The notes under the pieces: model-generated
What the model was told of the DNA's origin: nothing
What the model saw: the letters and a program-made list of their open reading frames with translations, nothing else
Databases searched by the model: none
IMG/VR virus record: IMGVR_UViG_3300020045_003217
Location: 1 to 36,515 of that record
Direction: 5' to 3' (one strand)
DNA: 36,515 nt
From: a virus
Lineage: Duplodnaviria > Caudoviricetes
Made by a program: the position numbers and the translations under genes
Shown here: positions 9,847 through 19,584 of the stretch, one piece after another
How positions within the stretch are numbered: the stretch's first letter is position 1
Layout of the letters: each line of letters begins with the position of its first letter

Positions 9847-10544
9847 TATGAAAAGATATTATTAAATATATCATTAAATATACTAAAGTCGTTATTTATT
9901 TTTTTTATTTTTATAAACATATCTCCATATGAATATATGTTATTAGATACAAATAATATATAATTATTTGTAGTATCATAATGTCTTGAAAATGAATCTG
10001 ATATATTATTATCTAAAATATCATATATTGCATAATTCTCAGTATATAAAGTATCTTTTAATACAAAACATATTCTACCTATATTTGAATAAGTTATAGT
10101 AATACCATTTTCAAAATTACCATAACTATCATGAAATTTAGATTCTGGATAAGAAGGATCTAAAACTAATGTTTTTACATCTTCAAATGTTGTAGAATAA
10201 TTTATTTCTTGCCAATAGTTAATATATTTAAAAGAAGGTACTGTAGAACTTGTAGAAACATTGTTTTGTCTAAATACAGGTGTTGATTTGTTTAAAGAAC
10301 TATTAATATCATATCTTTTACAAATATTTGAATAGTTATAAAATATATGATTATATAATAATGATAATTTATTTTTATCTATTTCTGTTAAAGAATCTGT
10401 ACATTTAGTTAATAAATTATAGATACTAGTTAATACATATATTTCAGAAGATATTAATTTACCTTTTAATTTTGCATTAAGTATTGATTTATTTAAACTA
10501 CATATAGTTGTTAAAACATGTTGTTTATCATTATTTCGTATCAT
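9846..10544 (-). CDS. Putative structural protein (fibre-attachment region)
   Basis: 232 aa; position between capsid-accessory genes and the fibre. Confidence 0.5.
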   Translation of the reverse strand: MIRNNDKQHVLTTICSLNKSILNAKLKGKLISSEIYVLTSIYNLLTKCTDSLTEIDKNKLSLLYNHIFYNYSNICKRYDINSSLNKSTPVFRQNNVSTSSTVPSFKYINYWQEINYSTTFEDVKTLVLDPSYPESKFHDSYGNFENGITITYSNIGRICFVLKDTLYTENYAIYDILDNNISDSFSRHYDTTNNYILFVSNNIYSYGDMFIKIKKINNDFSIFNDIFNNIFS

Positions 10545-10546
10545 TA

Positions 10547-11122
10547 TTACAGCTGTGTAAAGTTATTACATGTAGGACATTCAATAGGTACACAATTTGT
10601 ACATGTATCTAATGAACATAATTTTTTAAGATTATTTACCATATCTATTGCTTCAGTATAATATCCAATATCTACAGATTTTATAGTAGTATCTATTAAC
10701 ATGTTTATTGTGATTACCATTTGATTTATTTTACTATTGTCACAAGTAGTACAATCTAATGATATTTCTAATAAATATTTTAATAAACATCCATAATATT
10801 GAGATAGATCATATGTTATACCTAATGCTGGAGATAATAAATTTCCACAATTATCAACATCTGGATAAGTACTTGTTATTTCAATAAAACATAAATCTTC
10901 AAATTTTACTAAACCTATATCAACAGCATCAATAATAATATTTTCAGTATTAGAGGTTTGTTCTAAATAACTAGAAATATCAATAGATAATGACGGATTT
11001 TTAAAATCATTCATTTTCCAAAATGTTAAACTATCAATTGTGTATCCTGTATTTGTTTCAACATTTATTTCAAGTTGTGAACCTTCGTTAATAATTTTAA
11101 AATTATTTAATGTTATTGCCAT
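10547..11122 (-). CDS. Putative structural protein with Cys-rich C-terminus
   Basis: CTTC and CTNC..CPTC clusters; crAss-like position after the auxiliary capsid gene. Confidence 0.55.
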   Translation of the reverse strand: MAITLNNFKIINEGSQLEINVETNTGYTIDSLTFWKMNDFKNPSLSIDISSYLEQTSNTENIIIDAVDIGLVKFEDLCFIEITSTYPDVDNCGNLLSPALGITYDLSQYYGCLLKYLLEISLDCTTCDNSKINQMVITINMLIDTTIKSVDIGYYTEAIDMVNNLKKLCSLDTCTNCVPIECPTCNNFTQL

Positions 11123-11133
11123 ATTTTTTAAAT

Positions 11134-11168
11134 AAAAAAAGGCAGAGAAATTTTGTCTCTCTACCTTT
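11134..11168 (-). terminator. Rho-independent terminator
   Basis: Minus strand AAAGGTAGAGA...TCTCTGCC followed by TTTTTTT, after 11193..12206. Confidence 0.75.
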
Positions 11169-11192
11169 CTGGTTAATTTTTTATTATATTAA

Positions 11193-12206
11193 TTATACTA
11201 CAGCTAAATCAGCAGGAACCCCAGCATTTGGTGCTACTACTCTTAATTTAGCAAGATAACCATTAATTGCTGCATTAGAAGCAATTGTTCCAACTGTAAA
11301 TGGCATACATACTGTAAGTTCTTTAAACTGTCTTTCAACATTAACTCCTTCACGATCTTTGTGGAATCCTACAACTACTGTATTATATGTACCGGCTTTA
11401 TTTGCAAGATACGTAACATTAAAGTTATTAGGGAATCCCATTTCACGACCATAATCAGCATTTTCATATCCTTTTAATGAATATTCAGCCAATGCAACTT
11501 GTTTACCTGTACCTACACCTGGTTTAATACCTTGAGTAGTAGCTACTGCTAAAATGTAATAAGAAGTTCCAGCAGCAGCAAGTGTTGCAGGTGAATTATC
11601 TTTTACAGAATATTCTACTTCAAATTCTACAGGTTCTCCTGAATCTTTACCAAGAATAAAAGATTGTACTTTACCAGTAACAAGTAATGTTGTACTTGAT
11701 ACAGACGCTTCAACTTGATTAATTTCACCAGAACGTTTTAATGATGCATTTAAACTTTTTACAAGTTCTGCTAAAACTGTTGCATGAGTAGTAGTACCTG
11801 TATTAGGTGTTACATAAAATCCATGAATATGTCTAAAATTTTCAGGTGATTGAATACCATCAAATTTACGAATTGATACTCTATAAGTTGCATTATTTGT
11901 TGCATTTCCAGTAAATCCTGTAACAGCTATGATTTTAGGAACTTCAGCTGCATAAGCACCAAGTTTAACATAATCAATTTGTTTGGGATCTATTGTATCA
12001 CTTGCATCGACACCTGCTTGAAGTGCACTATTTTTTACAAGTACTTTAAAAGGTAAATTAGCAGCAGCAGCAGCACCATCAGATTTAACAACAACAATCT
12101 CTCCAACAGAACCTGTTGCAACAAACGTTGAATTTGTAGTTTCTGATGCAACAGCATCTGCAATTATTAACTTACCTACATTTTTTGGTGAAATTATACT
12201 CGCCAT
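11193..12206 (-). CDS. Auxiliary capsid (decoration) protein, crAss-like
   Basis: 337 aa, Ala/Thr/Val-rich, GVGTGKQVA..EY...GY motif; third gene after MCP as in crAss-like synteny; followed by a terminator. Confidence 0.65.
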   Translation of the reverse strand: MASIISPKNVGKLIIADAVASETTNSTFVATGSVGEIVVVKSDGAAAAANLPFKVLVKNSALQAGVDASDTIDPKQIDYVKLGAYAAEVPKIIAVTGFTGNATNNATYRVSIRKFDGIQSPENFRHIHGFYVTPNTGTTTHATVLAELVKSLNASLKRSGEINQVEASVSSTTLLVTGKVQSFILGKDSGEPVEFEVEYSVKDNSPATLAAAGTSYYILAVATTQGIKPGVGTGKQVALAEYSLKGYENADYGREMGFPNNFNVTYLANKAGTYNTVVVGFHKDREGVNVERQFKELTVCMPFTVGTIASNAAINGYLAKLRVVAPNAGVPADLAVV

Positions 12207-12218
12207 ATTTTTAATTTT

Positions 12219-12956
12219 TTAATTATTTCTATTGTTTAATTGAACTTTATTTTGTAAACTATTTTCTTTATAATCTCTCAACGCTAATTCTACTGCACGA
12301 TCTAATATTTCTCTATGAATTTCTATATCTAATTTACAAGTTTGTTCTGTTGTAACACCATCAATTGATAAATTTAATCCTGTAAATTCTGAATTTGTAG
12401 ATAAATTAGTTAATATAATAGGTTCAGGATATTGTACATATCTTAAATGATATGTTGTGATATTTTCACTACTTAATATTTCAACAGTTTTTAAATTTGA
12501 TAAATTATAATCTAATCTCCATGCAATATCTTTATTTGGTTTTTTAAATGGACTTTTAACACTAGTATTAAATCTATCTAAAGAAATTGGTATAATACTT
12601 ATTTCTTTTTGACAACTGCCATTTACATATGTACCTTGCTCATATTTTATTAAAAAAACATCTGATGGTATTGTAAAAAATTTAGAATTTAAAGAAGAAG
12701 TAAGTTTATTACTATTTATTGTAAAAGATGTGGATTTAAAATCTTTAATTAAATTTTTAAAATCTATTCTTCTTTTATCATTTGCATCAAATCCTTTTTG
12801 ATATTTATTTACAATTCCATTGTATTCTTTAATTATTTCTAATTGAGCTTTTGTAAGATAAGAACTAATTTCAAAAAGATTTAAACCAGGACTCGCATTA
12901 GAAGATATATTATTATACAAAATATTAAATTCTGTAGCAAATTCTTTAGTTGTCAT
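12219..12956 (-). CDS. Head-tail ring/adaptor protein, crAss-like
   Basis: EFNILYNNISSNASPGL..EIS.YLTKAQ; Y.LRYV.YPEPIIL; HREILDRAVELA. Confidence 0.7.
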   Translation of the reverse strand: MTTKEFATEFNILYNNISSNASPGLNLFEISSYLTKAQLEIIKEYNGIVNKYQKGFDANDKRRIDFKNLIKDFKSTSFTINSNKLTSSLNSKFFTIPSDVFLIKYEQGTYVNGSCQKEISIIPISLDRFNTSVKSPFKKPNKDIAWRLDYNLSNLKTVEILSSENITTYHLRYVQYPEPIILTNLSTNSEFTGLNLSIDGVTTEQTCKLDIEIHREILDRAVELALRDYKENSLQNKVQLNNRNN

Positions 12957-12959
12957 GTA

Positions 12960-13838
12960 TTATTTTGTATTAGACACTCTTGCTTGAATTAAATCACGAA
13001 CTTCATGATTTTTTGGATCAATTAAATAATTTACAGCATTTGGTAATGAAGCAATTTCACCTTGTTTAGCAAGTGTTAAACCATCAACAGTTTCATATTT
13101 ACCATTCTTTTTAAGAATAATTCCAATATTTTCTGCAAGTGCAATTAATGTTTTTGTTTCAAAATTAGGATCTTCTACTAAAGCTAAAAATTCTTTTGTT
13201 CTAACATCAACTAATGTTTCAACTTCAGTATTTATAAATTTCATTGTTGAATTCTCAGAAAGTTTTTTACCAGTCATTAAGTAAATAATTGAAATCATAA
13301 TATCTCTGTTATCTTCTAATTTGTAGTAAGCTTTCCAAGCTGCTTTAATTAAATCAAGTTTTTTAGATCTATCTTTAAGTTCTTCACCATCTTTAGTTAT
13401 AAAGAATTGATAAGTACCTTTATTTTCTAATTTATATTGTTGTAAACTTGGAGCAATTACTGAATCCCAAGCTAATAATATTTTATATTTTAAATAATCT
13501 TCAGGAACAGCTAAATCTAAAATAGTATCTAATTTCTCTAAAGACACATATTGTGTTTTCCAAAAATCACTATATATTGATAAATTTACACCATTAAAAT
13601 GTCCTTTTTCAAAAAATTCTTTTTCTTCATTAGTAAGAACATTTTTTAAACCTCCATTTCTTAAAAGTGGTACACAGAATTTTCTAGTAGCACCTTCAAT
13701 CATTCCTCCAGAAATAACATGACTTTCACCAACATCTGCAGCTAAACCTTTATTTCTTTTAATGAATCTTATTGTAATTCTTTCATTTGGTAATGTAAAC
13801 CCCTTTACAATTTCCTTAACTTCTTCTTTTACTGCCAT
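12960..13838 (-). CDS. Conserved crAss-like protein downstream of MCP
   Basis: 292 aa; FW...V.L...LDL..PEDY.KYKILL pattern; synteny. Confidence 0.6.
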   Translation of the reverse strand: MAVKEEVKEIVKGFTLPNERITIRFIKRNKGLAADVGESHVISGGMIEGATRKFCVPLLRNGGLKNVLTNEEKEFFEKGHFNGVNLSIYSDFWKTQYVSLEKLDTILDLAVPEDYLKYKILLAWDSVIAPSLQQYKLENKGTYQFFITKDGEELKDRSKKLDLIKAAWKAYYKLEDNRDIMISIIYLMTGKKLSENSTMKFINTEVETLVDVRTKEFLALVEDPNFETKTLIALAENIGIILKKNGKYETVDGLTLAKQGEIASLPNAVNYLIDPKNHEVRDLIQARVSNTK

Positions 13839-13864
13839 ATTGAAATTTTAATATTTATAAAATA

Positions 13865-13885
13865 AACGGTGTTAGGCACACCGTT
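13865..13885 (-). terminator. Hairpin (terminator/stabiliser) after MCP
   Basis: AACGGTG/CACCGTT inverted repeat followed by a U-rich tract on the minus strand. Confidence 0.5.
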
Positions 13886-13927
13886 AAAAGCCATATATTA
13901 TGATTAGAGACACCCTAATCCTTATTT

Positions 13928-15448
13928 TTAGTATTGATAAATGATACTTGGAATTAATGATGCAGTTCTAGATGGATCTTTTACCATCGCACCTTGCATA
14001 CAATATGCTGTGATAGTTGCACTATCTTCCATTCTTCCCATATTACCAGAACCTCTTTCTCCTGTAAAAGGATTTCTAAAACCAGCTTGATATCCACGAA
14101 TTTCTTCGTTATCTCTAACAGCTACTTTTTGAATATTTGGCTCTTCTGTAGAACCAATATAAAGGATATCATATCTATAAGATTCTGCAACACCACCATC
14201 TGGGTGCATAATTTTATTACGTACTTTATCATCATACATTGGATCAACCTCAACCATTACGTGAATAGAGTTTGCAAATTCATATTCAGTAAATTGGTAA
14301 CCAGCTTTAAATGAATTAGAATGTAATTGAGAACTCGTTTTAGAAACTACAGCTGGATTGTTTTGAGATAATTCTTTCCAAGCTTGTCCTTCACGATTAA
14401 TAGATTGAGAAAATTGTTTAGCTCCACGTTCACCTGTACGAAGTACAAATTTTCTTTCACTAAAATCTAATTTTCCTTCTGAAAGTTCATGTAACATATC
14501 TTCTAAAATTCTTAATGAAAATAAGTTATATGTAACAATATTTGAAACTTCCATTTGCTCTCTAATACCAGAACCTGATTCAATTTTAAATCCTGATTTA
14601 CCAGTATTCATAAATGTACCATCTTCAGCTCTGTTTGATTTACCAAACATGATATTATAAGCTTTTAATCTAGAAATATGTTGTTCAAATCTCCAGTAAA
14701 TTTCTTGCATCCAAGTATTAGACGTACGAAGTTTTCCTGCATTATCTAATGATTCAATTTTAGCATAGAATACATCTGTAGCATTCAATTTACAATTAAT
14801 CATGTTACCTGGTACAGTTGTTTCAACACGAAGTTGAGACATTGTATTTTTCAATGTATATGGAGAACTGAAATTAATATCAGCACCTTTAATAGACATT
14901 GTTCTTTCAACTGGTGCACCCTCAATAGAGAATCTTTCACCTGTTAATAATTCTGCTCCTGGTACCCCATCATAAGTTTCAGGTCCACCAAAAATCTCAG
15001 CAGTATATACATAAGGTCCGTTTGGTCCTTCAGATTTAGGATCTGCTAAAATACGATATTGATAAATATCTGGTTTAGAACCTGCAATTACATGAACGTC
15101 TGTAAAATACTTTTCAGCGAATACAAGTTCTACTTCTGTACGATTTGCTCCAACATTAGTACTACCACTTGTTACAACACTACCTTGATAACGTGCTTCA
15201 ACTAATGGAATATTACGTTCATGAGAACCTACCATTTTCCAGATAAAATCTCCTTCATCATCAATATATTTCACTGGAAACATATTAAGAACGGTATCAA
15301 GATTTTTCATACCAGCTTTAGCTAACAGTATTCCTGTTATTTGAGACGCTACTTGCGGACGAGTTGCGTAAATTTGTCCTAAATGATTTCTTGTGGTGAG
15401 TCCTGACCAATATTGGCCCTTACTCATGACATTTTTTGCTAATGACAT
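13928..15448 (-). CDS. Major capsid protein (HK97 fold, crAss-like)
   Basis: 506 aa; WSGLTTRNHLG, GSGIREQME, F.LRTGERG, VDPMYDD, ESYRYDI; portal-scaffold-MCP order. Confidence 0.88.
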   Translation of the reverse strand: MSLAKNVMSKGQYWSGLTTRNHLGQIYATRPQVASQITGILLAKAGMKNLDTVLNMFPVKYIDDEGDFIWKMVGSHERNIPLVEARYQGSVVTSGSTNVGANRTEVELVFAEKYFTDVHVIAGSKPDIYQYRILADPKSEGPNGPYVYTAEIFGGPETYDGVPGAELLTGERFSIEGAPVERTMSIKGADINFSSPYTLKNTMSQLRVETTVPGNMINCKLNATDVFYAKIESLDNAGKLRTSNTWMQEIYWRFEQHISRLKAYNIMFGKSNRAEDGTFMNTGKSGFKIESGSGIREQMEVSNIVTYNLFSLRILEDMLHELSEGKLDFSERKFVLRTGERGAKQFSQSINREGQAWKELSQNNPAVVSKTSSQLHSNSFKAGYQFTEYEFANSIHVMVEVDPMYDDKVRNKIMHPDGGVAESYRYDILYIGSTEEPNIQKVAVRDNEEIRGYQAGFRNPFTGERGSGNMGRMEDSATITAYCMQGAMVKDPSRTASLIPSIIYQY

Positions 15449-15476
15449 ATGTTTAATTTAATTAAGTTATTATTTT

Positions 15477-15947
15477 TTATTTTATAAAGCATTCTGTATA
15501 ACCTTTAAATTTCTTTATTGGTATATATTTTTTGACATTTTTTAATAAATTATATTCAAGATAAGTTGCTTCATATTTATCAATTGTAATTGTTTTTACA
15601 ATTTCTACTTTATATGATATTTTTTCTAGTCTTTGTTTTAGATTTTTAGTTAAACCATATTTATAAAATATTGTATTATCTTCATCTATTATTTTTAAAT
15701 GATATAAGATTAATTCTTCAGTAATCCAAAGTTCTTTAAATCTTTCAGCATTTGTTAAATTATAGGTAGAGGATTGTGATCTTGGAATTTTAATTCTTGT
15801 TTCACTACGTTTAATACTTTTACGTTTATCTTTTTCTTTATATAATTCAGGATTGTTAATTCTACGTAAACGTTCTTTTTCTAATATTATATTTCTATTT
15901 AAAATATAATGTTCTTTTCTTTTAAGACGTCTTTGTTCACTAACCAT
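15477..15947 (-). CDS. Putative free-standing GIY-YIG-like homing endonuclease
   Basis: Basic N-terminus; LYHLKI...FYKYGLTKNLKQRL...A..LE...GYTECF. Confidence 0.6.
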   Translation of the reverse strand: MVSEQRRLKRKEHYILNRNIILEKERLRRINNPELYKEKDKRKSIKRSETRIKIPRSQSSTYNLTNAERFKELWITEELILYHLKIIDEDNTIFYKYGLTKNLKQRLEKISYKVEIVKTITIDKYEATYLEYNLLKNVKKYIPIKKFKGYTECFIK

Positions 15948-17056
15948 TATTGTACAATTTTATCTCCAATTTCGTAATCACTAGCATTAGGATCATCTAA
16001 GAAACTTGGATCTCCACCTTGTAATACATGTTGATTATTTTTCAAAGCTTTTTCAATATTTTTTATTTCTTTAGAACGTTCTGTTTTTCCAAAATAACTA
16101 AAATCTTTAAATCCTTTACTTAATGTATATACTGTGTATAATCTTTGTGAAAAATCTTTATTTTCACGTTGATCTTTCATTAATTGATTCTCATCTATAC
16201 CTGTATTAGGATTCTTCCCAACAGGATTCATCATAGTTGTGAGAATTTGTTTTCGAGCAGTTTGATTAAGTTTAATACCTTTTAATGGTTCTTCTGTTTC
16301 TAATATTGTTTTTTCTATTAGTTTTTGAGAAGTAGCATACTCATCTTGTTCTTTTTGTTTTTGTGTAAGTTTAAATTTTTGTTCTTCTTCAAATTTTTCT
16401 TTTACACCTTTTTTAATATTTTCTAATGCTTCCTTAGCATCTTCAATATCATCATCAGCAGCAACACTTCTATCTGTAAGACGTTGTGCTTTTTGTTCTG
16501 AAAAACCTTGATTTATAAAATCTTGATATATTAATTGACTTCTTAGTTCTTGGTCACTATTAATAATATCTTCAGTTATACTATCAAGATTATTTTCAAC
16601 TGTTTTTTGTTTTTGAAAAGTTTCTATATCAATACCAGCTCTAAAAGCTTCTACAGCTTGTTTCTGCAAATCTGTTAAATCAATTAATTCTTTAGCTTTA
16701 ACTTCTTCTGCAATTAAATCTGCAAGATCTTGTATTGTTTCAACTTTTTCTAATTTAGAAGAGTCTACAGAGGTGAGAACACCTTCCGTTTGCAAATAGG
16801 ATGCTAAGGACTTATATAAAGGGGGAGAAGAAGTATCATCACTATCGTCGTCAGCTTCATCATCCTCTGTATCATCCCCAACTACTTTATCTGGATCATT
16901 CTCCTCGTCAGGTTCTTCATTATCTTGTTTTGTGACATCTGTTTCTAAAACATTATCACTATCTTTTATTATATCATTTCCATTTACTGGATCTGTATCT
17001 TCTTCATAAAATTCATCTCCTAAATCAAAGATGCTCATTCCTAATTCTTCTTCCAT
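15947..17056 (-). CDS. Putative capsid scaffolding protein
   Basis: Very acidic N-terminus, coiled-coil middle; between portal and MCP. Confidence 0.65.
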   Translation of the reverse strand: MEEELGMSIFDLGDEFYEEDTDPVNGNDIIKDSDNVLETDVTKQDNEEPDEENDPDKVVGDDTEDDEADDDSDDTSSPPLYKSLASYLQTEGVLTSVDSSKLEKVETIQDLADLIAEEVKAKELIDLTDLQKQAVEAFRAGIDIETFQKQKTVENNLDSITEDIINSDQELRSQLIYQDFINQGFSEQKAQRLTDRSVAADDDIEDAKEALENIKKGVKEKFEEEQKFKLTQKQKEQDEYATSQKLIEKTILETEEPLKGIKLNQTARKQILTTMMNPVGKNPNTGIDENQLMKDQRENKDFSQRLYTVYTLSKGFKDFSYFGKTERSKEIKNIEKALKNNQHVLQGGDPSFLDDPNASDYEIGDKIVQ

Positions 17057-17081
17057 TTAATTTCCCCTTTTAAATATTTAA

Positions 17082-17089
17082 CAAATATA
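17082..17089 (-). promoter_or_regulatory. Bacteroidota -7 promoter box
   Basis: TATATTTG on the minus strand about 25 nt upstream of ATG 17056. Confidence 0.55.
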
Positions 17090-17135
17090 GTATAAAATTT
17101 TAAAAAATATTAAAATAATTTAATATCCAGTATAG

Positions 17136-19508
17136 CTAAGACACACTCTTTTTTTGTTTAGATACTGCTATTTTTTTATCTTCTTTCTCCATTTTATCAT
17201 TATGCATTTTCATTTGATTATCTAATGCTTTTATTTTTAACATTAAATCATCTTTATGTTTTTGATAGTCAAAATCATTTACATCATTATCTTCTTCTGG
17301 CTCATTTTCTAAAGCCATTTGTTTATCATTTGACTGAATTATAGCTTTCTGAATTTCAGTATCAGATTTTTTATCAATTTCATATATTTTTAAATCGCGA
17401 TCTAATTGTTTATCTGCAGCTTCTTGTTGAGAAATTTGTTGTGTAATCGCATTTTTATCTTCTTCAACTTTAGCATTACGTGCATTAGTTTGTTCTTCAG
17501 AATCTTCAATTTTTCTACGAATGTCTGCTAAAGATTGAGATGTTAATATATCTATCACTGTTGTATAAGAACCACCATTTTGTAAAAATGCTTGCGCTAG
17601 TGTTTCTAATGTTTGATGTACTTTTTTAACATTAGCACTACTACTAACAACTAAACCATAATCAGCTTCATTAATTTCATTACCATCAATGTCTATAATT
17701 TGCATAGACATATCATCACTAATAAATTGTAATTTTTTCTTATTATCTTTTAATGCTATTTTAGCAGTTTCTAAAAATACACTTAAACATCTTCGTTTAA
17801 CGTCTTCATGTTTCATAAACCACCATTCAGTAATATGAGAAGATTGTGTAACACCTCTTTCAACACCACCAACAGTTTCTCTATTAGAAATGTTACCTTC
17901 ACGTTGTCTAGAAATACCTGCAATTTCACCCATTTCAGTTTTAATAAATTCTAATAACTGAATATGTTGTTGAATATAATTACCTGTTTCTAAATCAATA
18001 GCTCTAGTATTTTGACCATTTAAATTTCCAGCAAGTTTACCTTGTGCAGCTCCAGCGTTACCTTCTTTAAAACCATCTATTACACCAATACCTAATTTAG
18101 TAGCTTGAGCAATCCATTTTTCTGGTTCCCAACCATTGGGTATTAATGATATATCTAATAATAATATTTTACCTAAATTTTTAGCAATTGCTGTATTTAA
18201 TCTATCCCATATAACATCATATAAATATTGATAATTTTTCATTTTATCAACCATAGATATAGCTCTACCTTGATTGGTATTATATACTTCACCTACAATT
18301 CCAGGACCACATACCGACGGATTACTAAGTCTATTATATTGAACAGGTTTTGGACGCATTCTAATATAGATATCTTTACCTATTTTAGTACCTTCCCACC
18401 ATTCATTAACCCAATAAGTAGTTAATTCTTCTCCTAAATCTTCATTAGCAATATATTCTTCTGATACATATTTATAATCTACTTCACCATATTCATCATA
18501 AAATTTTAATTTAAATATTTTCTTTTGTGAACGCCAATATACTCTAAGTATTCTAACATTACCAGAAGAATCTATATAACTTGATGAAAATTGATGACCA
18601 TTAATTTCAGCAATCCCTAAATAATCATTTAATACTTCAGAATGTTGATCTCTTAATAATAAATGATTTTCATCATCAGTTGTATATTTACTTTGACCTG
18701 TAGATGTAGAATATTCTGTAATTACATCAATATCTGATGCTTTTAATTCATCATAAAAAATATCTAATATTTTACCAGGAGACCAATGATCTTCAATTAC
18801 AATTAAATCAGAATCTTCAATTTTAGAAGAATTACCAGATCTAACACTATGTACTTTAATAGGGTTAAGTTTATCAAATGTAGGTTCTCCAGATACTATA
18901 TCACATTGATACATTTCTTCTGCCATTATAAAAGCATCTTTAATACCTGCATTAAATTTATTTTCAAAATTCAATTCTTCGTAATAATGTTTAACTAAAT
19001 GATTGACCATTCTTTCACGAGAATCTTGGTAATTATATTTTAAATATTTATTATGTTTTTCTAATTCTTTTTGTGCTTCTTCTTCAGATAATCCTTGTTG
19101 TAAAATAGATATTAATTTTTCTTTTACAAGTGCTGATTTTTCTTCTTCTTTCTTAGTAATAGCATCTTTATTAACTACAGTAAAAAACCAATCAAAAGGT
19201 CTATTAATTTCTTCACCTACTAAAACATCAATTTTAGGAACCATAATTGGTTTATGAGGAATTACTTTACTTATAAACTCAGCATCTATTTGTTGAGGAT
19301 TTAATGTATTTAACATATCATGTGGCGATACTATTCCATTATATAGATTTATATTAACAACTCTATTTTGAATAGTTTGCCTTACACGTTCATTATTATA
19401 AAAAGAATATTTATCTGCAGAGTTTACACAATCTGTTCTCCATTGTTTACCTTTTTGTTTATAAGATAATTTTTGCCTAGGCATTTTACTTACGACCGGT
19501 GCTCCCAT
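17136..19508 (-). CDS. Portal protein
   Basis: 790 aa; PKIDVLVGEE, W.NEWWEGTKIG, GISRQREG; coiled-coil C-terminus; adjacent to terminase. Confidence 0.88.
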   Translation of the reverse strand: MGAPVVSKMPRQKLSYKQKGKQWRTDCVNSADKYSFYNNERVRQTIQNRVVNINLYNGIVSPHDMLNTLNPQQIDAEFISKVIPHKPIMVPKIDVLVGEEINRPFDWFFTVVNKDAITKKEEEKSALVKEKLISILQQGLSEEEAQKELEKHNKYLKYNYQDSRERMVNHLVKHYYEELNFENKFNAGIKDAFIMAEEMYQCDIVSGEPTFDKLNPIKVHSVRSGNSSKIEDSDLIVIEDHWSPGKILDIFYDELKASDIDVITEYSTSTGQSKYTTDDENHLLLRDQHSEVLNDYLGIAEINGHQFSSSYIDSSGNVRILRVYWRSQKKIFKLKFYDEYGEVDYKYVSEEYIANEDLGEELTTYWVNEWWEGTKIGKDIYIRMRPKPVQYNRLSNPSVCGPGIVGEVYNTNQGRAISMVDKMKNYQYLYDVIWDRLNTAIAKNLGKILLLDISLIPNGWEPEKWIAQATKLGIGVIDGFKEGNAGAAQGKLAGNLNGQNTRAIDLETGNYIQQHIQLLEFIKTEMGEIAGISRQREGNISNRETVGGVERGVTQSSHITEWWFMKHEDVKRRCLSVFLETAKIALKDNKKKLQFISDDMSMQIIDIDGNEINEADYGLVVSSSANVKKVHQTLETLAQAFLQNGGSYTTVIDILTSQSLADIRRKIEDSEEQTNARNAKVEEDKNAITQQISQQEAADKQLDRDLKIYEIDKKSDTEIQKAIIQSNDKQMALENEPEEDNDVNDFDYQKHKDDLMLKIKALDNQMKMHNDKMEKEDKKIAVSKQKKSVS

Positions 19509-19584
19509 TTATTTATTTTTTATTAATTTAGCAATATACAATATTTTAATAAAATATAATGAAATAATTACACTCTTAAAATAG

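Noticed and set aside
2125-18425. Shadow ORFs 2125+, 2146-, 4290+, 4863+, 6041+, 6233+, 13994+, 18228+
   Set aside because: Nested in or antisense to well-supported genes; no motifs
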